This document shows positions 1 through 9,002 of a DNA stretch of 64,000 bases, piece by piece; position 1 is the first letter of the stretch, and every line of letters begins with the position of its first letter. Source of the stretch: Candidatus Limnocylindria bacterium (GTDB lineage: Bacteria; Verrucomicrobiota; Verrucomicrobiia; Limisphaerales; UBA9464). The position numbers and the translations under genes are program-made. Below the pieces are notes generated by a model, which worked only from the letters and a program-made list of their open reading frames with translations, made no database searches and was not told where the DNA came from. The stretch lies in NCBI GenBank assembly GCA_035493435.1, contig DATJII010000286.1:2463-66462 (forward strand), read 5' to 3'.

Positions 1-327
1 TTTCACCAAGCGCGGGAAACGTCGCACCAAGGTCTTACCGAGAAGTTTGCCGACCCAGTAGTTGACGTTGTCGCCGAGGAAGGCGGCGGCGGCGATGGCT
101 CCGGCGCAGACCCAGATGTTCAGTCCGCTCTTGGCGTCGGCCGCGAGCGCCCCCACGGCGAACAGCAGCGAATCGCCGGGCAGGAACGGCGTGATCACCA
201 GGCCGGTCTCGCAAAATATGACGGCAAAGAGCAGGGCATAGAACCACGGGCCGTAGTTGGTCAATAAGTCGTTCAGGTGAGTCTGCAGGTGCAGAATCAC
301 ATCGAGGATTTGGCGAATGAGTTCCAT
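1..327 (-). CDS. DedA family membrane protein (partial; 3' end lies outside the window)
   Basis: My reverse translation from ATG (complement of 325-327) gives MELIRQILDV...WFYALLFAVIFCETGLVITPFLPGDSLLFAVGALAA...NYWVGKLLG. This is the typical DedA/SNARE-associated N-terminus. The frame is open to position 1, so it is absent from the ORF track. Confidence 0.75.
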   Translation of the reverse strand, partial: MELIRQILDVILHLQTHLNDLLTNYGPWFYALLFAVIFCETGLVITPFLPGDSLLFAVGALAADAKSGLNIWVCAGAIAAAAFLGDNVNYWVGKLLGKTLVRRFPRLVK

Positions 328-404
328 GGCAACCGAATCGAAGTTGAGACGGTGCGGGAACTCGGCCTTGCGCTGCAAGGGGCTTGTCGGGGATTGTGGG
401 TAAA

Positions 405-1436
405 ATGACGGCGGCAATTCTTTACGGGCGCGAGGATTTACGGATCGAGGCGATCGAACGTCCCGCGTTGGCTGCGGGCGAAGTGCGGGTAAGGGTCAAG
501 GCGGCCCTGACGTGCGGCACCGATCTCAAGGTGTATCGCCGCGGCTATCACGCGCGCATGTTGAAACCGCCCTCGGTTTTCGGCCACGAATTCGCCGGAG
601 TCATTGAAGAACTGGGGCCTGACGTTTCCGGATGGGCTCTCGGCGATCGCGTGGTGGGCGCCAATTCCGCGCCGTGCGGGCAATGCTTTTCGTGCCAGCA
701 CGAGCAGGAGAACCTCTGTGATGACCTGCAGTTCCTGAATGGTGCCTACTCGCAGTCCATGGTGATTCCTTCGCGGTTTGTGCAAAAAAATCTCCTGCGC
801 CTCAAACCGGACACGTCGTTTCCGGATGCGGCACTGACCGAGCCCTTGGCCTGCGTGGTCCAAGGTTGCCTCGACTTGCGACTCGTGCGTGGTGAATCGG
901 TCTTCGTGCTGGGAGCCGGTCCCATTGGACTTATGTTTGTGGCCTTGGCGCGGGAAGCCGGATGCGAGGTGTCGATCAGCGGTCGGGGTGCCGAGCGTCT
1001 GGCGGCTGCACGACGCCTGGGAGCGGCGCACGTCTTCGATCTGGGCGACGGCGCGGATCTACTTACTCTCGTGAAAGCCTCGGGGCTGCGCCCACCTGAT
1101 GTGGTGGTGGAAGCCGTCGGTAAACCAGAGACGTGGGACCAGGCAATTCGGCTGGTGCGAAAAGGGGGCCGGGTCAACCTGTTCGGCGGCTGCCCTTCGG
1201 GAACGACCGTGGCGGTCGATACGGGCCTGGTTCATTATTCGGCGCTGACGCTGCTCGCGAGTTTCCATCATACCCCTCGGGCCATCCGTCGCGCTTTGGA
1301 ACTCATAGAAGCGGGAGTGATCCGTGCCGACGATTTCGTCACCGGTCGCGCTCCGTTGAGCCGCCTGCCTGAACTCTTTCGAGAAATGGCGGCAGGCAAT
1401 CGCGCCGTTAAAACGTGCCTCGACGTCGATGCCTGA
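405..1436 (+). CDS. Zn-dependent medium-chain dehydrogenase/reductase (sorbitol/threonine dehydrogenase-like)
   Basis: Has GHEFAGVIEELG (catalytic Zn motif), CGQCFSCQ (structural Zn cysteines) and VLGAGPIGL (Rossmann motif). The ATG at 405 is preferred over the TTG at 384. Confidence 0.85.
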   Translation: MTAAILYGREDLRIEAIERPALAAGEVRVRVKAALTCGTDLKVYRRGYHARMLKPPSVFGHEFAGVIEELGPDVSGWALGDRVVGANSAPCGQCFSCQHEQENLCDDLQFLNGAYSQSMVIPSRFVQKNLLRLKPDTSFPDAALTEPLACVVQGCLDLRLVRGESVFVLGAGPIGLMFVALAREAGCEVSISGRGAERLAAARRLGAAHVFDLGDGADLLTLVKASGLRPPDVVVEAVGKPETWDQAIRLVRKGGRVNLFGGCPSGTTVAVDTGLVHYSALTLLASFHHTPRAIRRALELIEAGVIRADDFVTGRAPLSRLPELFREMAAGNRAVKTCLDVDA

Positions 1437-1446
1437 GGAGGACCGA

Positions 1447-1911
1447 TTACTCGGGCGGCAATTGCTGGTTGGGCTGGACGATTCGCGATTTCAGTCCACC
1501 AATCGTGGCACCTGAAGGTTTGGGACGGGGACCCGTGGGAGCCGGAGCGTTCTGGACGATGGGGACCACTTTGTATTCCCCGTTATTCGGGTTATAGTAA
1601 AGCCCCTGGCCTTCAGGGAGCTGCGGTACCTTCCCCAAGTAACCCGATTTGACCAATTCGTCGATGCTACGGGGATAGCGATCCTCCGCCGCGTAGAACT
1701 GCTGGATGGCACCGTGCACCGGAGCGAGGTTGATCACCCGCTCGCTGGACTTCTTGGCGGCAGCCTCAGCCGCCAGATAGTTCATGGGCGCGTTGATCGG
1801 ATTATCTTCGCTGGTGCCCGCTTTGCTGTCGGCCTTGGCGTCCTTTTGGCCCTTGTTGCATCCCGTGAGCAGGGCAGCACTGACCACCATGGTTGCCATC
1901 AGGATTTTCAT
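1447..1911 (-). CDS. Hypothetical lipoprotein with GspG/pseudopilin-like C-terminal motif
   Basis: Internal Met gives MKILMATMVVSAALLTGC (signal peptide plus lipobox). The C-terminal part, AIQQFYAAEDRYPRSIDELVKSGYLGKVPQLPEG, resembles the T2SS GspG globular domain. Confidence 0.55.
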   Translation of the reverse strand: MKILMATMVVSAALLTGCNKGQKDAKADSKAGTSEDNPINAPMNYLAAEAAAKKSSERVINLAPVHGAIQQFYAAEDRYPRSIDELVKSGYLGKVPQLPEGQGLYYNPNNGEYKVVPIVQNAPAPTGPRPKPSGATIGGLKSRIVQPNQQLPPE

Positions 1912-1958
1912 AAGTTCAATAGACTCCTCTGGCCGGTCCAACGCAAGCCAGTGTTGGC

Positions 1959-2972
1959 TTAATCAGGCAAGGTCCGTGCCATGTCCTTGGCAAAATAAGT
2001 GAGAATCCAATCAGCACCAGCCCGCTTGATGGCCATCAAACTCTCGTCCCGGGCCCGGGCCAGGTCCAACCATCCATGTTGCGCTGCCGCATGGATTTGC
2101 GCGTATTCGCCACTGACCTGATAAGCCGCCAACGGCAATAAAGTACGCTGTCGCAACTCGGCGATGACATCCAAATAGGGCCCGGCCGGCTTGACCATGA
2201 GAGCGTCCGCGCCTTCCTCCTCGTCCAGCAAAGCGTCGGCAATGGCCTCCCGGCGGTTGGCCGGATTGAGCTGATAAGTGCGCTTGTCCAAGGACCGGGT
2301 GCCCGCCGCCGCAGCGCTGCCTACGGCGTCCCGGAAGGGACCGTAAAAGGCGGAGGCGAATTTGGCGCTGTAAGCCAGAATACCGGTGTGCCCTTGTCCG
2401 ATGCCGTCAAGGGCCTGCCGTATTGCCCGGACCCGGCCATCCATCATATCGCTTGGCGCGACGAAATCGACGCCCGCCTTGGCGTGCAGGACGGCCATTT
2501 GGGCCAGGAGGTCCACCGTGGCATCATTGTCCACGTCCAATCCGTCGGAGGTCAGGATCCCGTCATGTCCATGGGTGGTGTAGGGATCGAGGGCGATGTC
2601 CGTAAAGACGATCAAAGTGGGCAAAACGTCCTTGATGGCCCGGATCGCCCGCAAGACCAAGCACGAAGGATCGAGAGCTTCCGTTCCGGTCGGATTCTTT
2701 AATTCCGGTGGGGTAACAGGAAACAGGGCGACGCCACGAATGCCCAACGCGAACAATTCGCGACACTCGCGCAGGAGGTCCGGGATGCTGAGGCGGTAAA
2801 TCCCGGGCATCGAGCCGATGGGAGTGGGAGGTTCAGTGCCGTCTTTGACAAACAGGGGAGCGATAAAGTCGCTCGATCGCAAAAACGTTTCCTGGGTCAG
2901 ATCCCGGATGGCCTGATTTCTCCTCAGTCGGCGCGGACGCAGTGACGGCTCCCATTCCTTTCGCTGTTGCAC
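1959..2972 (-). CDS. hemB: Porphobilinogen synthase (delta-aminolevulinate dehydratase)
   Basis: RPRRLRRNQAIRDLTQET..FIAPLFV at the N-terminus. Conserved SDMMDGRV, YSAKFAS.FYGPFRDA and MVKPA..YLD blocks are typical of HemB. Confidence 0.9.
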   Translation of the reverse strand: MQQRKEWEPSLRPRRLRRNQAIRDLTQETFLRSSDFIAPLFVKDGTEPPTPIGSMPGIYRLSIPDLLRECRELFALGIRGVALFPVTPPELKNPTGTEALDPSCLVLRAIRAIKDVLPTLIVFTDIALDPYTTHGHDGILTSDGLDVDNDATVDLLAQMAVLHAKAGVDFVAPSDMMDGRVRAIRQALDGIGQGHTGILAYSAKFASAFYGPFRDAVGSAAAAGTRSLDKRTYQLNPANRREAIADALLDEEEGADALMVKPAGPYLDVIAELRQRTLLPLAAYQVSGEYAQIHAAAQHGWLDLARARDESLMAIKRAGADWILTYFAKDMARTLPD

Positions 2973-3277
2973 GGCAGTCAGCCTAGCGGAAAGGTGGGCG
3001 GGGAAAAAGGGGACGTTTTACGAAATGGAGTGAGGAGTCAAAAACCCGCGCGGACCGATCTTGGGGGCTCGATACGACGCGCGGTCTGGGTTGGGGGGCG
3101 TTAAAAAGAAATCAAAGGCTGGGTTGGAAAAGGGTATAGCTTGAACCGGGAGATTTTTTCCGCTCCACCGCAGATGCCGCATTCTTGCCGCATCGATTCA
3201 TCCAAAGGCCTGTTTTAAAAGTGCATTCGCGTCAACTGCGCCCGGCAGCCGCCACGTGACCCTCTTAAAACAAGCTT

Positions 3278-3841
3278 TCAGGCGCCCGCAGCGTACGTTG
3301 AAGTATGTAATTGATTATTCAACTGGAGGATTTTGCCCACGGCAGAATCCAGGTCGTCGACGACAAAATCGTGGTGATCTTTGCCAATCCAGGGCGAACG
3401 GATCATGACCGACGTGCAACCTGCAACTTGGGCGGCCTTGGCGTCGGGCCATTTGTCGCTTACGATAAAGGAGCGGTTGAGGTCGAGGCTCCATTTGAAG
3501 GCCGCTTCGAGGAAGAGCCCGGGCTGGGGTTTGTAACAGGGATGATGCGGATCATCCGAGGTGCAGACGCAGATATCGTCCAATGGTAGCCGCTTGCGCA
3601 GCAATAGATGCATCAAGTCCAGATCACTGCGGGACATGAGGCCCCGGGACAGTGCTGGCTGGTTGGTTGTCGCAATAATGACGAAGCCTTGGCGCTTCAG
3701 TTCGATCAGGAGGCCCCGGGCATTCTCGTTTACGCGAAACTGATCCACGCGCAACGGTTGCAATTGCTGGCCTCCTCGGGTTTCGCAGAGGTTTAACACC
3801 CCGTCTCGTTCAAAAAATACTGCTGGTTTCATAGCATTCAT
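3278..3841 (-). CDS. HAD-IIIA family phosphatase (GmhB / histidinol-phosphatase-like)
   Basis: Has FFERDGVLN (DxDG-type motif I region), TNQPALSRG (motif II) and CVCTSDDPHHPCYKPQPG (Zn-loop plus KP motif as in GmhB). Confidence 0.7.
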   Translation of the reverse strand: MNAMKPAVFFERDGVLNLCETRGGQQLQPLRVDQFRVNENARGLLIELKRQGFVIIATTNQPALSRGLMSRSDLDLMHLLLRKRLPLDDICVCTSDDPHHPCYKPQPGLFLEAAFKWSLDLNRSFIVSDKWPDAKAAQVAGCTSVMIRSPWIGKDHHDFVVDDLDSAVGKILQLNNQLHTSTYAAGA

Positions 3842-3997
3842 ATCCTGACAGCAGAGCCTGCGCCAATCTCGCGAGCGAGATCACTCTTGCCAGTAATGAC
3901 GAAGCCCGCCCACGAAAGGTAACAACGCTCGTGAGGCGGATTTCGGATGCCGGATATATATGGGGGAATATCCCCACCAGCGGGCGCCAGCCCGTGC

Positions 3998-5056
3998 CTA
4001 CTCCACCAGGTCTTTGGCCGCACCGACCCGCATTTCGATGCGGCGTATCGTGGGCAGAATGCGGGCAATGGTGGCGGATTCGGTCTGGCCCGCGTAGGGC
4101 TTGAGGAAGAATTTGATCACCCCGGCAACTTCCCCGTTTCGATCGTGGAGCGGCGCGGTGACAATCGCGGAATTGCGGGTCTTTGCGAAATAGGTTTGGT
4201 TTTCCTTGTATACCTTCTGCTCCGTTTCGTCCGCCTTCAGGCCGATGTCTTCCTTCTTCTTGGCGGCCACGACGTGCAGGTCCTGCCCGCCCGCCTGGGG
4301 AACATATACGCGCAAATCCAGCAGCCGGCTTTGCGTTTGGAGAGTGTCGCGCACCAGGATCGTCGAGAGTTTCTCCAGAGGTTGATAGACGATTTTGGGA
4401 TCGGCGAAAACGGCGGTGGCGTCGGATTTTGTGAAGAATCCGATCCTGCCGCTCTCGAACGAATTATCGTTCAACGCGGGCATGATGTCGCGCCCGTCTA
4501 GTTTGACGATGATGCGCGTGCCCTCGGCGGCCACACTTAATTCATACCAGTGCCCCTTTTCAATCGGCACATCCGGCCCGATCGGCACGCTGCGCTCGCC
4601 TTCGACGAATTTGTAGAACTTAACGTTGCCGCCCAGGGCGCTGGCGCGGACCACATAAAAATTCTGTTCGTCACGGGCGCGAAACACAATGCCCGCCATC
4701 TGTTCCGCGGCGCCGCCAGTGATCTTGAATCGCGTCGTGAACGTGAAGTCGCCGAACTTCTCGTCGTTGAACAACAGGATGGGGAAGTGCTCGTCCTCGG
4801 GATTGCGGGACGTCTGCGCCAACACCGCCCGGTTGTTCAGTTTTGGGGCCTTGTCCGAAAAGGCCGTCAACGACGTGGGCACTTCATCGTTCATGATCAC
4901 CCAATCGCCCGGCTTGCCCTTGCCCGCGACATGGGAGGACCAGCCTGCGGGCGTGGTTCCCAACTTTGTGGCGTCCAAATCAAAAATCCGTTCGGCGGCG
5001 GAAACCGCCGTGGTGCAGCACGCCGCCACCATTACTGATACGAGGCCTCGAAACAT
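3998..5056 (-). CDS. Secreted concanavalin/DUF1080-like jelly-roll domain protein with unassigned C-terminal domain
   Basis: Signal peptide MFRGLVSVMVAACCTTAVSAAE. GDFTFTTRFKI...AGIVFRA.D.QNFYVV....WYELSV...G.RI.V.LDG pattern is typical of LamG/DUF1080 folds. Confidence 0.55.
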   Translation of the reverse strand: MFRGLVSVMVAACCTTAVSAAERIFDLDATKLGTTPAGWSSHVAGKGKPGDWVIMNDEVPTSLTAFSDKAPKLNNRAVLAQTSRNPEDEHFPILLFNDEKFGDFTFTTRFKITGGAAEQMAGIVFRARDEQNFYVVRASALGGNVKFYKFVEGERSVPIGPDVPIEKGHWYELSVAAEGTRIIVKLDGRDIMPALNDNSFESGRIGFFTKSDATAVFADPKIVYQPLEKLSTILVRDTLQTQSRLLDLRVYVPQAGGQDLHVVAAKKKEDIGLKADETEQKVYKENQTYFAKTRNSAIVTAPLHDRNGEVAGVIKFFLKPYAGQTESATIARILPTIRRIEMRVGAAKDLVE

Positions 5057-5123
5057 TCAGCCTACGGTACCAGACGGACGCCTCAGGGCAAGGCTTCCTG
5101 ATTCAACCCGGATCGGCTGTTAC

Positions 5124-5205
5124 CCGTAGCCGCTGAGGTGACGAAGCGGACAGCGAGACTGGCGTTTCACCACGCACCTCCGCCTCCGCACGTCGGTGGC
5201 TACCA
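5124..5205. repeat. REP-like imperfect inverted repeat (divergent copy of the family at 6797 and 21866)
   Basis: Left arm is cgtagccgctgaggtgacgaagcggacag. Right arm is cacctccgcctccgcacgtcggtggctac. The reverse complement of the left arm matches the unit consensus ccgtccgcctcgtgacctcgtcggctRc. Confidence 0.55.
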
Positions 5206-5328
5206 AAGTAGCAGCGGCGGCTCGCCGCTGAAAAGGAGGACGTGATAGGCCAGAACCCGATCTGTCATCTTTGAAAAGTGGTCGCCGGTTAACAAAGCGG
5301 ACTACGAAACTGGTGGTTTTGTCATGTA

Positions 5329-5354
5329 CCCCGCCTCTTCATCTCGTCGGCTAC
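5329..5354. repeat. Solo half-unit of the same REP-like family
   Basis: ccccgcctcttcatctcgtcggctac, about 20 nt downstream of the argD stop codon. Confidence 0.45.
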
Positions 5355-5373
5355 CAATGCTTCCACCCGGTCT

Positions 5374-6678
5374 TCAGGCGATCGTCCTGACGACCTTTTC
5401 GATGATGGCGATGCCTTCCTCCGCCTGTGCCTGGGGCAGATTCAGGGCCGGGAGGAGGCGTATAATTTGATTGCCACTCGGGATGGTGAGCACGCCTGCT
5501 TCATGGAGGCGGTTCACCAATTGCAGGCTGGGAGCCTTGTCGGTCGTGGCGAAGCCGGGGATCTTTTCCTTGTCCTGCAGTTCGAGGCCTAGCATGAGAC
5601 CCAATCCCCGCGCGCTTTTCACGACGTGGGGATAGGCACCAGCCAGTCGTTGGATCTCGCTTTTCAGGAATTCGCCGACGTGCCGCGCGTTGTCAGCCAG
5701 GCCATCGCGCTTGATGACTTCCATGACTTTGAGCGCCACTGAACATCCCAACGGAGTGCCGCCAAAAGTGGTGCCGTGTGTGCCGGGTCCGAGGAGGTCG
5801 GCATAGGGTTGTCGCACCCAGAACGCGCCGATCGGGAAGCCGCCACCGAGCGACTTGGCCATGGCCACGCCATCGGGTACGAAGTCCGCTCCCCCAGGCG
5901 TGTTTTCCAACTGCCGTTGGTAACTCTGGAATCGGCCGGTACGAAAGTGTCCGCACTGTACGGCATCGATTAGCAGGAGGAGCTTGCGCTCGTTGCAAAG
6001 TTGCCGAAGTCCCAGCAGGTACTCGGGCGACGCGGGTGTGATGCCGCCTTCCCCCTGGATGCCTTCAATCAACACCGCGACAGTGGCGGGCGAGAGGGCA
6101 TCTTTGATCGCCTGGAGGTCATTGTACGGAACGTGCCTAAAGCCCGGGACCAGTGGATCAAAACCCTTCTTAACTTTGTCCTGCCCGGTGGCGGAAATGC
6201 CGCCCAGGGTCCGGCCGTGGAAGGAATTGAACGCCGTCAGGATTTCGAAACGACCTTCGTCGTGGCCGAATTTCCGCGCGAGTTTGTACAGGCCTTCATC
6301 GGCTTCCGCGCCGGAATTGCAGAAAAAGACCTTGCCCGGAGCTATCTCATTGACGATTCGCTCCGCGAGGCGCCCCTGGGGCTCGTGGAAGTACAGGTTC
6401 GAAACATGCACCAGCCGCCGGGACTGCTCGATGAGCGCTTCGGTGATTTCCGGGTGTGAATGTCCCAGGGAACAAACGGCGATACCGCCGCCCAGATCGA
6501 GGTAACGGCGTCCCGAAACATCCCAAACGTAGCTGCCACTGCCGTGACTGAAGGCGACTTCAAAGCGCCCATACGTCGGCATGACATATTTGGAAAAAAG
6601 TTCACGTACCTCCGCGTAGCGATTTTGCACGATCGCGGGAGGTGGAGGTACCGGAGCCAACCCTTGCAATTCTCTCAT
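5374..6678 (-). CDS. argD: Acetylornithine/succinylornithine aminotransferase (class III PLP aminotransferase)
   Basis: YVMPTYGRFEV..GSG.YVWD..G..YLD...GIAV..LGH.HP; FFCNSGAEA.E; LLI.DAVQCG.FRTG..F. Confidence 0.85.
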   Translation of the reverse strand: MRELQGLAPVPPPPAIVQNRYAEVRELFSKYVMPTYGRFEVAFSHGSGSYVWDVSGRRYLDLGGGIAVCSLGHSHPEITEALIEQSRRLVHVSNLYFHEPQGRLAERIVNEIAPGKVFFCNSGAEADEGLYKLARKFGHDEGRFEILTAFNSFHGRTLGGISATGQDKVKKGFDPLVPGFRHVPYNDLQAIKDALSPATVAVLIEGIQGEGGITPASPEYLLGLRQLCNERKLLLLIDAVQCGHFRTGRFQSYQRQLENTPGGADFVPDGVAMAKSLGGGFPIGAFWVRQPYADLLGPGTHGTTFGGTPLGCSVALKVMEVIKRDGLADNARHVGEFLKSEIQRLAGAYPHVVKSARGLGLMLGLELQDKEKIPGFATTDKAPSLQLVNRLHEAGVLTIPSGNQIIRLLPALNLPQAQAEEGIAIIEKVVRTIA

Positions 6679-6796
6679 CTGATGCCACGCGCATTAGCGG
6701 CCCAAGAGCGCTGGAACGCAAAGAGAATTTTGCGTTTTGGCCGAGATTTTGGAGGCTCGTTCTGGGATCGTTTTGGGACTCTGGTCCCGCAAAGGC

Positions 6797-6874
6797 AGCC
6801 ACCGACGTGAGGAGGTGGACGGTGTTACTTAGATCCCACGAGATCCGTCCGCCTCGTGACCTCGTCGGCTGCTG
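6797..6874. repeat. REP-like imperfect inverted repeat between hisH stop and argD start
   Basis: Left arm cagccaccgacgtgaggaggtggacgg, about 22 nt spacer (tgttacttagat...), right arm ccgtccgcctcgtgacctcgtcggctgctg. The arms are largely complementary. Confidence 0.65.
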
Positions 6875-6886
6875 CGCAAAAAGTTA

Positions 6887-7519
6887 CTACTTAGATTCGG
6901 CCAGTTCGACGAAGTTGCGCAGGAGGCGGAGGCCATTTTCCTGGCTTTTTTCCGGGTGAAACTGCGTCGCGAAGACGTTGCCGCGCCAGGCTGACGACGC
7001 AAAAGTCTGGCCATACGTCGTGCGCGTCGCGACCACGGAGTCGTCCGTGGGCTGGGGATAGAAGCTGTGCACGAAATAGAAATAGCTGCCGCTGGGGATG
7101 CCCTTGTAGAGGGGGCAATCCGGCTTCACGAGGTCCACCTGGTTCCAGCCGATTTGCGGTATCTTCAGATTCGGCTCGGCGGCGGTGGGTTGGAATCGCA
7201 CGACGGGCCCCCTGAGAACGCTTAGTCCCAATGCGCAGGAATTGAACTCTTCACTACGATCGAACAGCGCTTGGTAACCAACACAGATTCCCAGGAAGGG
7301 TTTTCCCTCGGCGATCCAGTGCTTGATGCCTTCCAACAATTCCTGCCGTTGCATGGCGTGGAGGCAATCATCGAAGGCTCCGACTCCGGGCAGCACGATT
7401 CCCTTGGCTCCGTGCATACCCTCAGCAGTTCGGGTGCGGCGGACATTGGCGCCCACCTTTAGGAGGGCTTTTTCCACGCTGCGGATGTTTCCGGAGTCGT
7501 AATCGAGCAAGGCGATCAT
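6887..7519 (-). CDS. hisH: Imidazole glycerol phosphate synthase, glutamine amidotransferase subunit
   Basis: MIALLDYDSGNIRSV..AL; LPGVGAF; GICVGYQ (catalytic Cys); FATQFHPEKS (His/Glu). Confidence 0.9.
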   Translation of the reverse strand: MIALLDYDSGNIRSVEKALLKVGANVRRTRTAEGMHGAKGIVLPGVGAFDDCLHAMQRQELLEGIKHWIAEGKPFLGICVGYQALFDRSEEFNSCALGLSVLRGPVVRFQPTAAEPNLKIPQIGWNQVDLVKPDCPLYKGIPSGSYFYFVHSFYPQPTDDSVVATRTTYGQTFASSAWRGNVFATQFHPEKSQENGLRLLRNFVELAESK

Positions 7520-7603
7520 CGATGAGAGTCTGCCAGGAATGCGTTCGGGCCGGTACCAACCGGTCGGAGGCGCAAATCTCGGCGACGGGAGCTTACGGAC
7601 GGA

Positions 7604-8734
7604 TTACGAAGGCGTCAAAGCGGCAGCGGCCTGTTCCTTTTCGGTTTTCAGCCGGAGTTGACCGCAGGCGGCGTCAATGTCGTGACCTTTTTCGAGGCGG
7701 AGTGTGACCGCGATATCCTCTTTCTCTAACGCCTTGGCAAAGGCTTCACAGGCATCCACTTCCGGCCTGACCCAAGGAAGATCCTCAACCTTGTTGTACG
7801 GGATCAGATTCACCTTCGCATGGAGCTGGCGGGCGAGCGACCCGAGGGGCCGCACCTGATCCAGATGATCGTTCACCCCGGCGATCAGGATGTATTCCAG
7901 CGTGATCATCTTGCCCTTCTTGTTCACGTAGTAGGAACAGGCTTCGGTCAGGTCCTGGAGCGGATACTTCCGATTCACCGGCATGATTTGGCCCCGGACC
8001 TCGTCAGTCGCCCCGTGCAGGGAAATCGCCAGGCGGAATTGTTCCGGTTCATCCGCCAACTGCTTGATCTTTGGAACCACGCCGCTGGTGGATATGGTGA
8101 TCTTGCGCGCCCCGATATTGCCGCCCCACGAGGCATTTAACGACCGGAGGGCCGTCATCAAATGGTCGTAGTTCGCCATCGGTTCGCCCATTCCCATGAT
8201 AACGAGGTTGTTTATGAGCCGATCTTCCGTGGCGGAAGTTGTGGATCGGGCGGCCGCTTCGGCTGGCTGCTGAGAATTCCAACGTTCAATGCCCAATACC
8301 TGACCCGCGATCTCCCAAGGTTCGAGATTTCGTTTCCAGCCGTCCAATCCGCTGGCGCAAAACCGGCATCCATAAGCGCAACCCACCTGGGTCGAAACGC
8401 ACAGGGTATGACGGTCGGCTTTTTCGCCGTAAAGCGCAGGATTGGCGGGAATCAACACGCTTTCGACCATCGCCCCATCGCCGAGACGCCAGAGGAATTT
8501 TTGCGTGGTGTCGCGCGCTCCTTGGCGGCGGACGATTTCCAGTACGCCCAAGGAATAAACGCCCGCCAATTTTTCCCGCAACGATTTGGGCAGATTGGTC
8601 ATCTCGTCCCAACGGGCGACACGACGGCGATACAGCCACGACAATAGCTGGTCGACGCGATAGGCCGGTTCATTCCATTCCTGGAACTGACGCACAATCG
8701 CTTCGCGGGACTGATTCCGGATATCCGGTAACAT
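7604..8734 (-). CDS. rlmN: 23S rRNA/tRNA (adenine-C2)-methyltransferase, radical SAM
   Basis: YRVDQLLSWLY; CVSTQVGCAYGCRFCASG (CxxxCxxC); MGMGEP..N; SLH; NLIPYN. Start set at internal MLPDIRN (ATG complement of 8732-8734). Confidence 0.9.
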   Translation of the reverse strand: MLPDIRNQSREAIVRQFQEWNEPAYRVDQLLSWLYRRRVARWDEMTNLPKSLREKLAGVYSLGVLEIVRRQGARDTTQKFLWRLGDGAMVESVLIPANPALYGEKADRHTLCVSTQVGCAYGCRFCASGLDGWKRNLEPWEIAGQVLGIERWNSQQPAEAAARSTTSATEDRLINNLVIMGMGEPMANYDHLMTALRSLNASWGGNIGARKITISTSGVVPKIKQLADEPEQFRLAISLHGATDEVRGQIMPVNRKYPLQDLTEACSYYVNKKGKMITLEYILIAGVNDHLDQVRPLGSLARQLHAKVNLIPYNKVEDLPWVRPEVDACEAFAKALEKEDIAVTLRLEKGHDIDAACGQLRLKTEKEQAAAALTPS

Positions 8735-9002
8735 CGGAATCGACCCTAGCAGAATAGGCGAGCGGGGGCATCTCATTCCGAATTGGGAGAATGCACGGGG
8801 CTCCAGGGCCATGACGATATGACGGTATGACGATGAATTGCTGATGTAGCATCTGCGCCGACCCAGGCCCTTCGCGCGTCTTGGGCGATGAAGGAACCAG
8901 GGACGGTTTCTCTGCGATGGAAACCGCTTGAATCGCGGGGTGGGGAAATTCGTCTCTCGACTCGCAAGTCACGGTGGCGTAAGCAATCATGACTTCTTTC
9001 CC

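Noticed and set aside
35-247. 70 aa minus-strand ORF at the window start.
   Set aside because: A different minus-strand frame, open to the window edge, encodes a clear DedA-family N-terminus starting at 327. The listed ORF is an Arg-rich shadow frame.
2973-3277. 305 nt gap between hemB and the HAD phosphatase gene, and other long gaps (23030..23365, 33304..33656, 58525..58948), inspected for tRNA, riboswitch or small RNA structure.
   Set aside because: I could recognise no cloverleaf, conserved riboswitch core or strong stem-loops by eye. They are most simply promoter or leader regions. An Infernal/Rfam scan would be needed to exclude ncRNAs.
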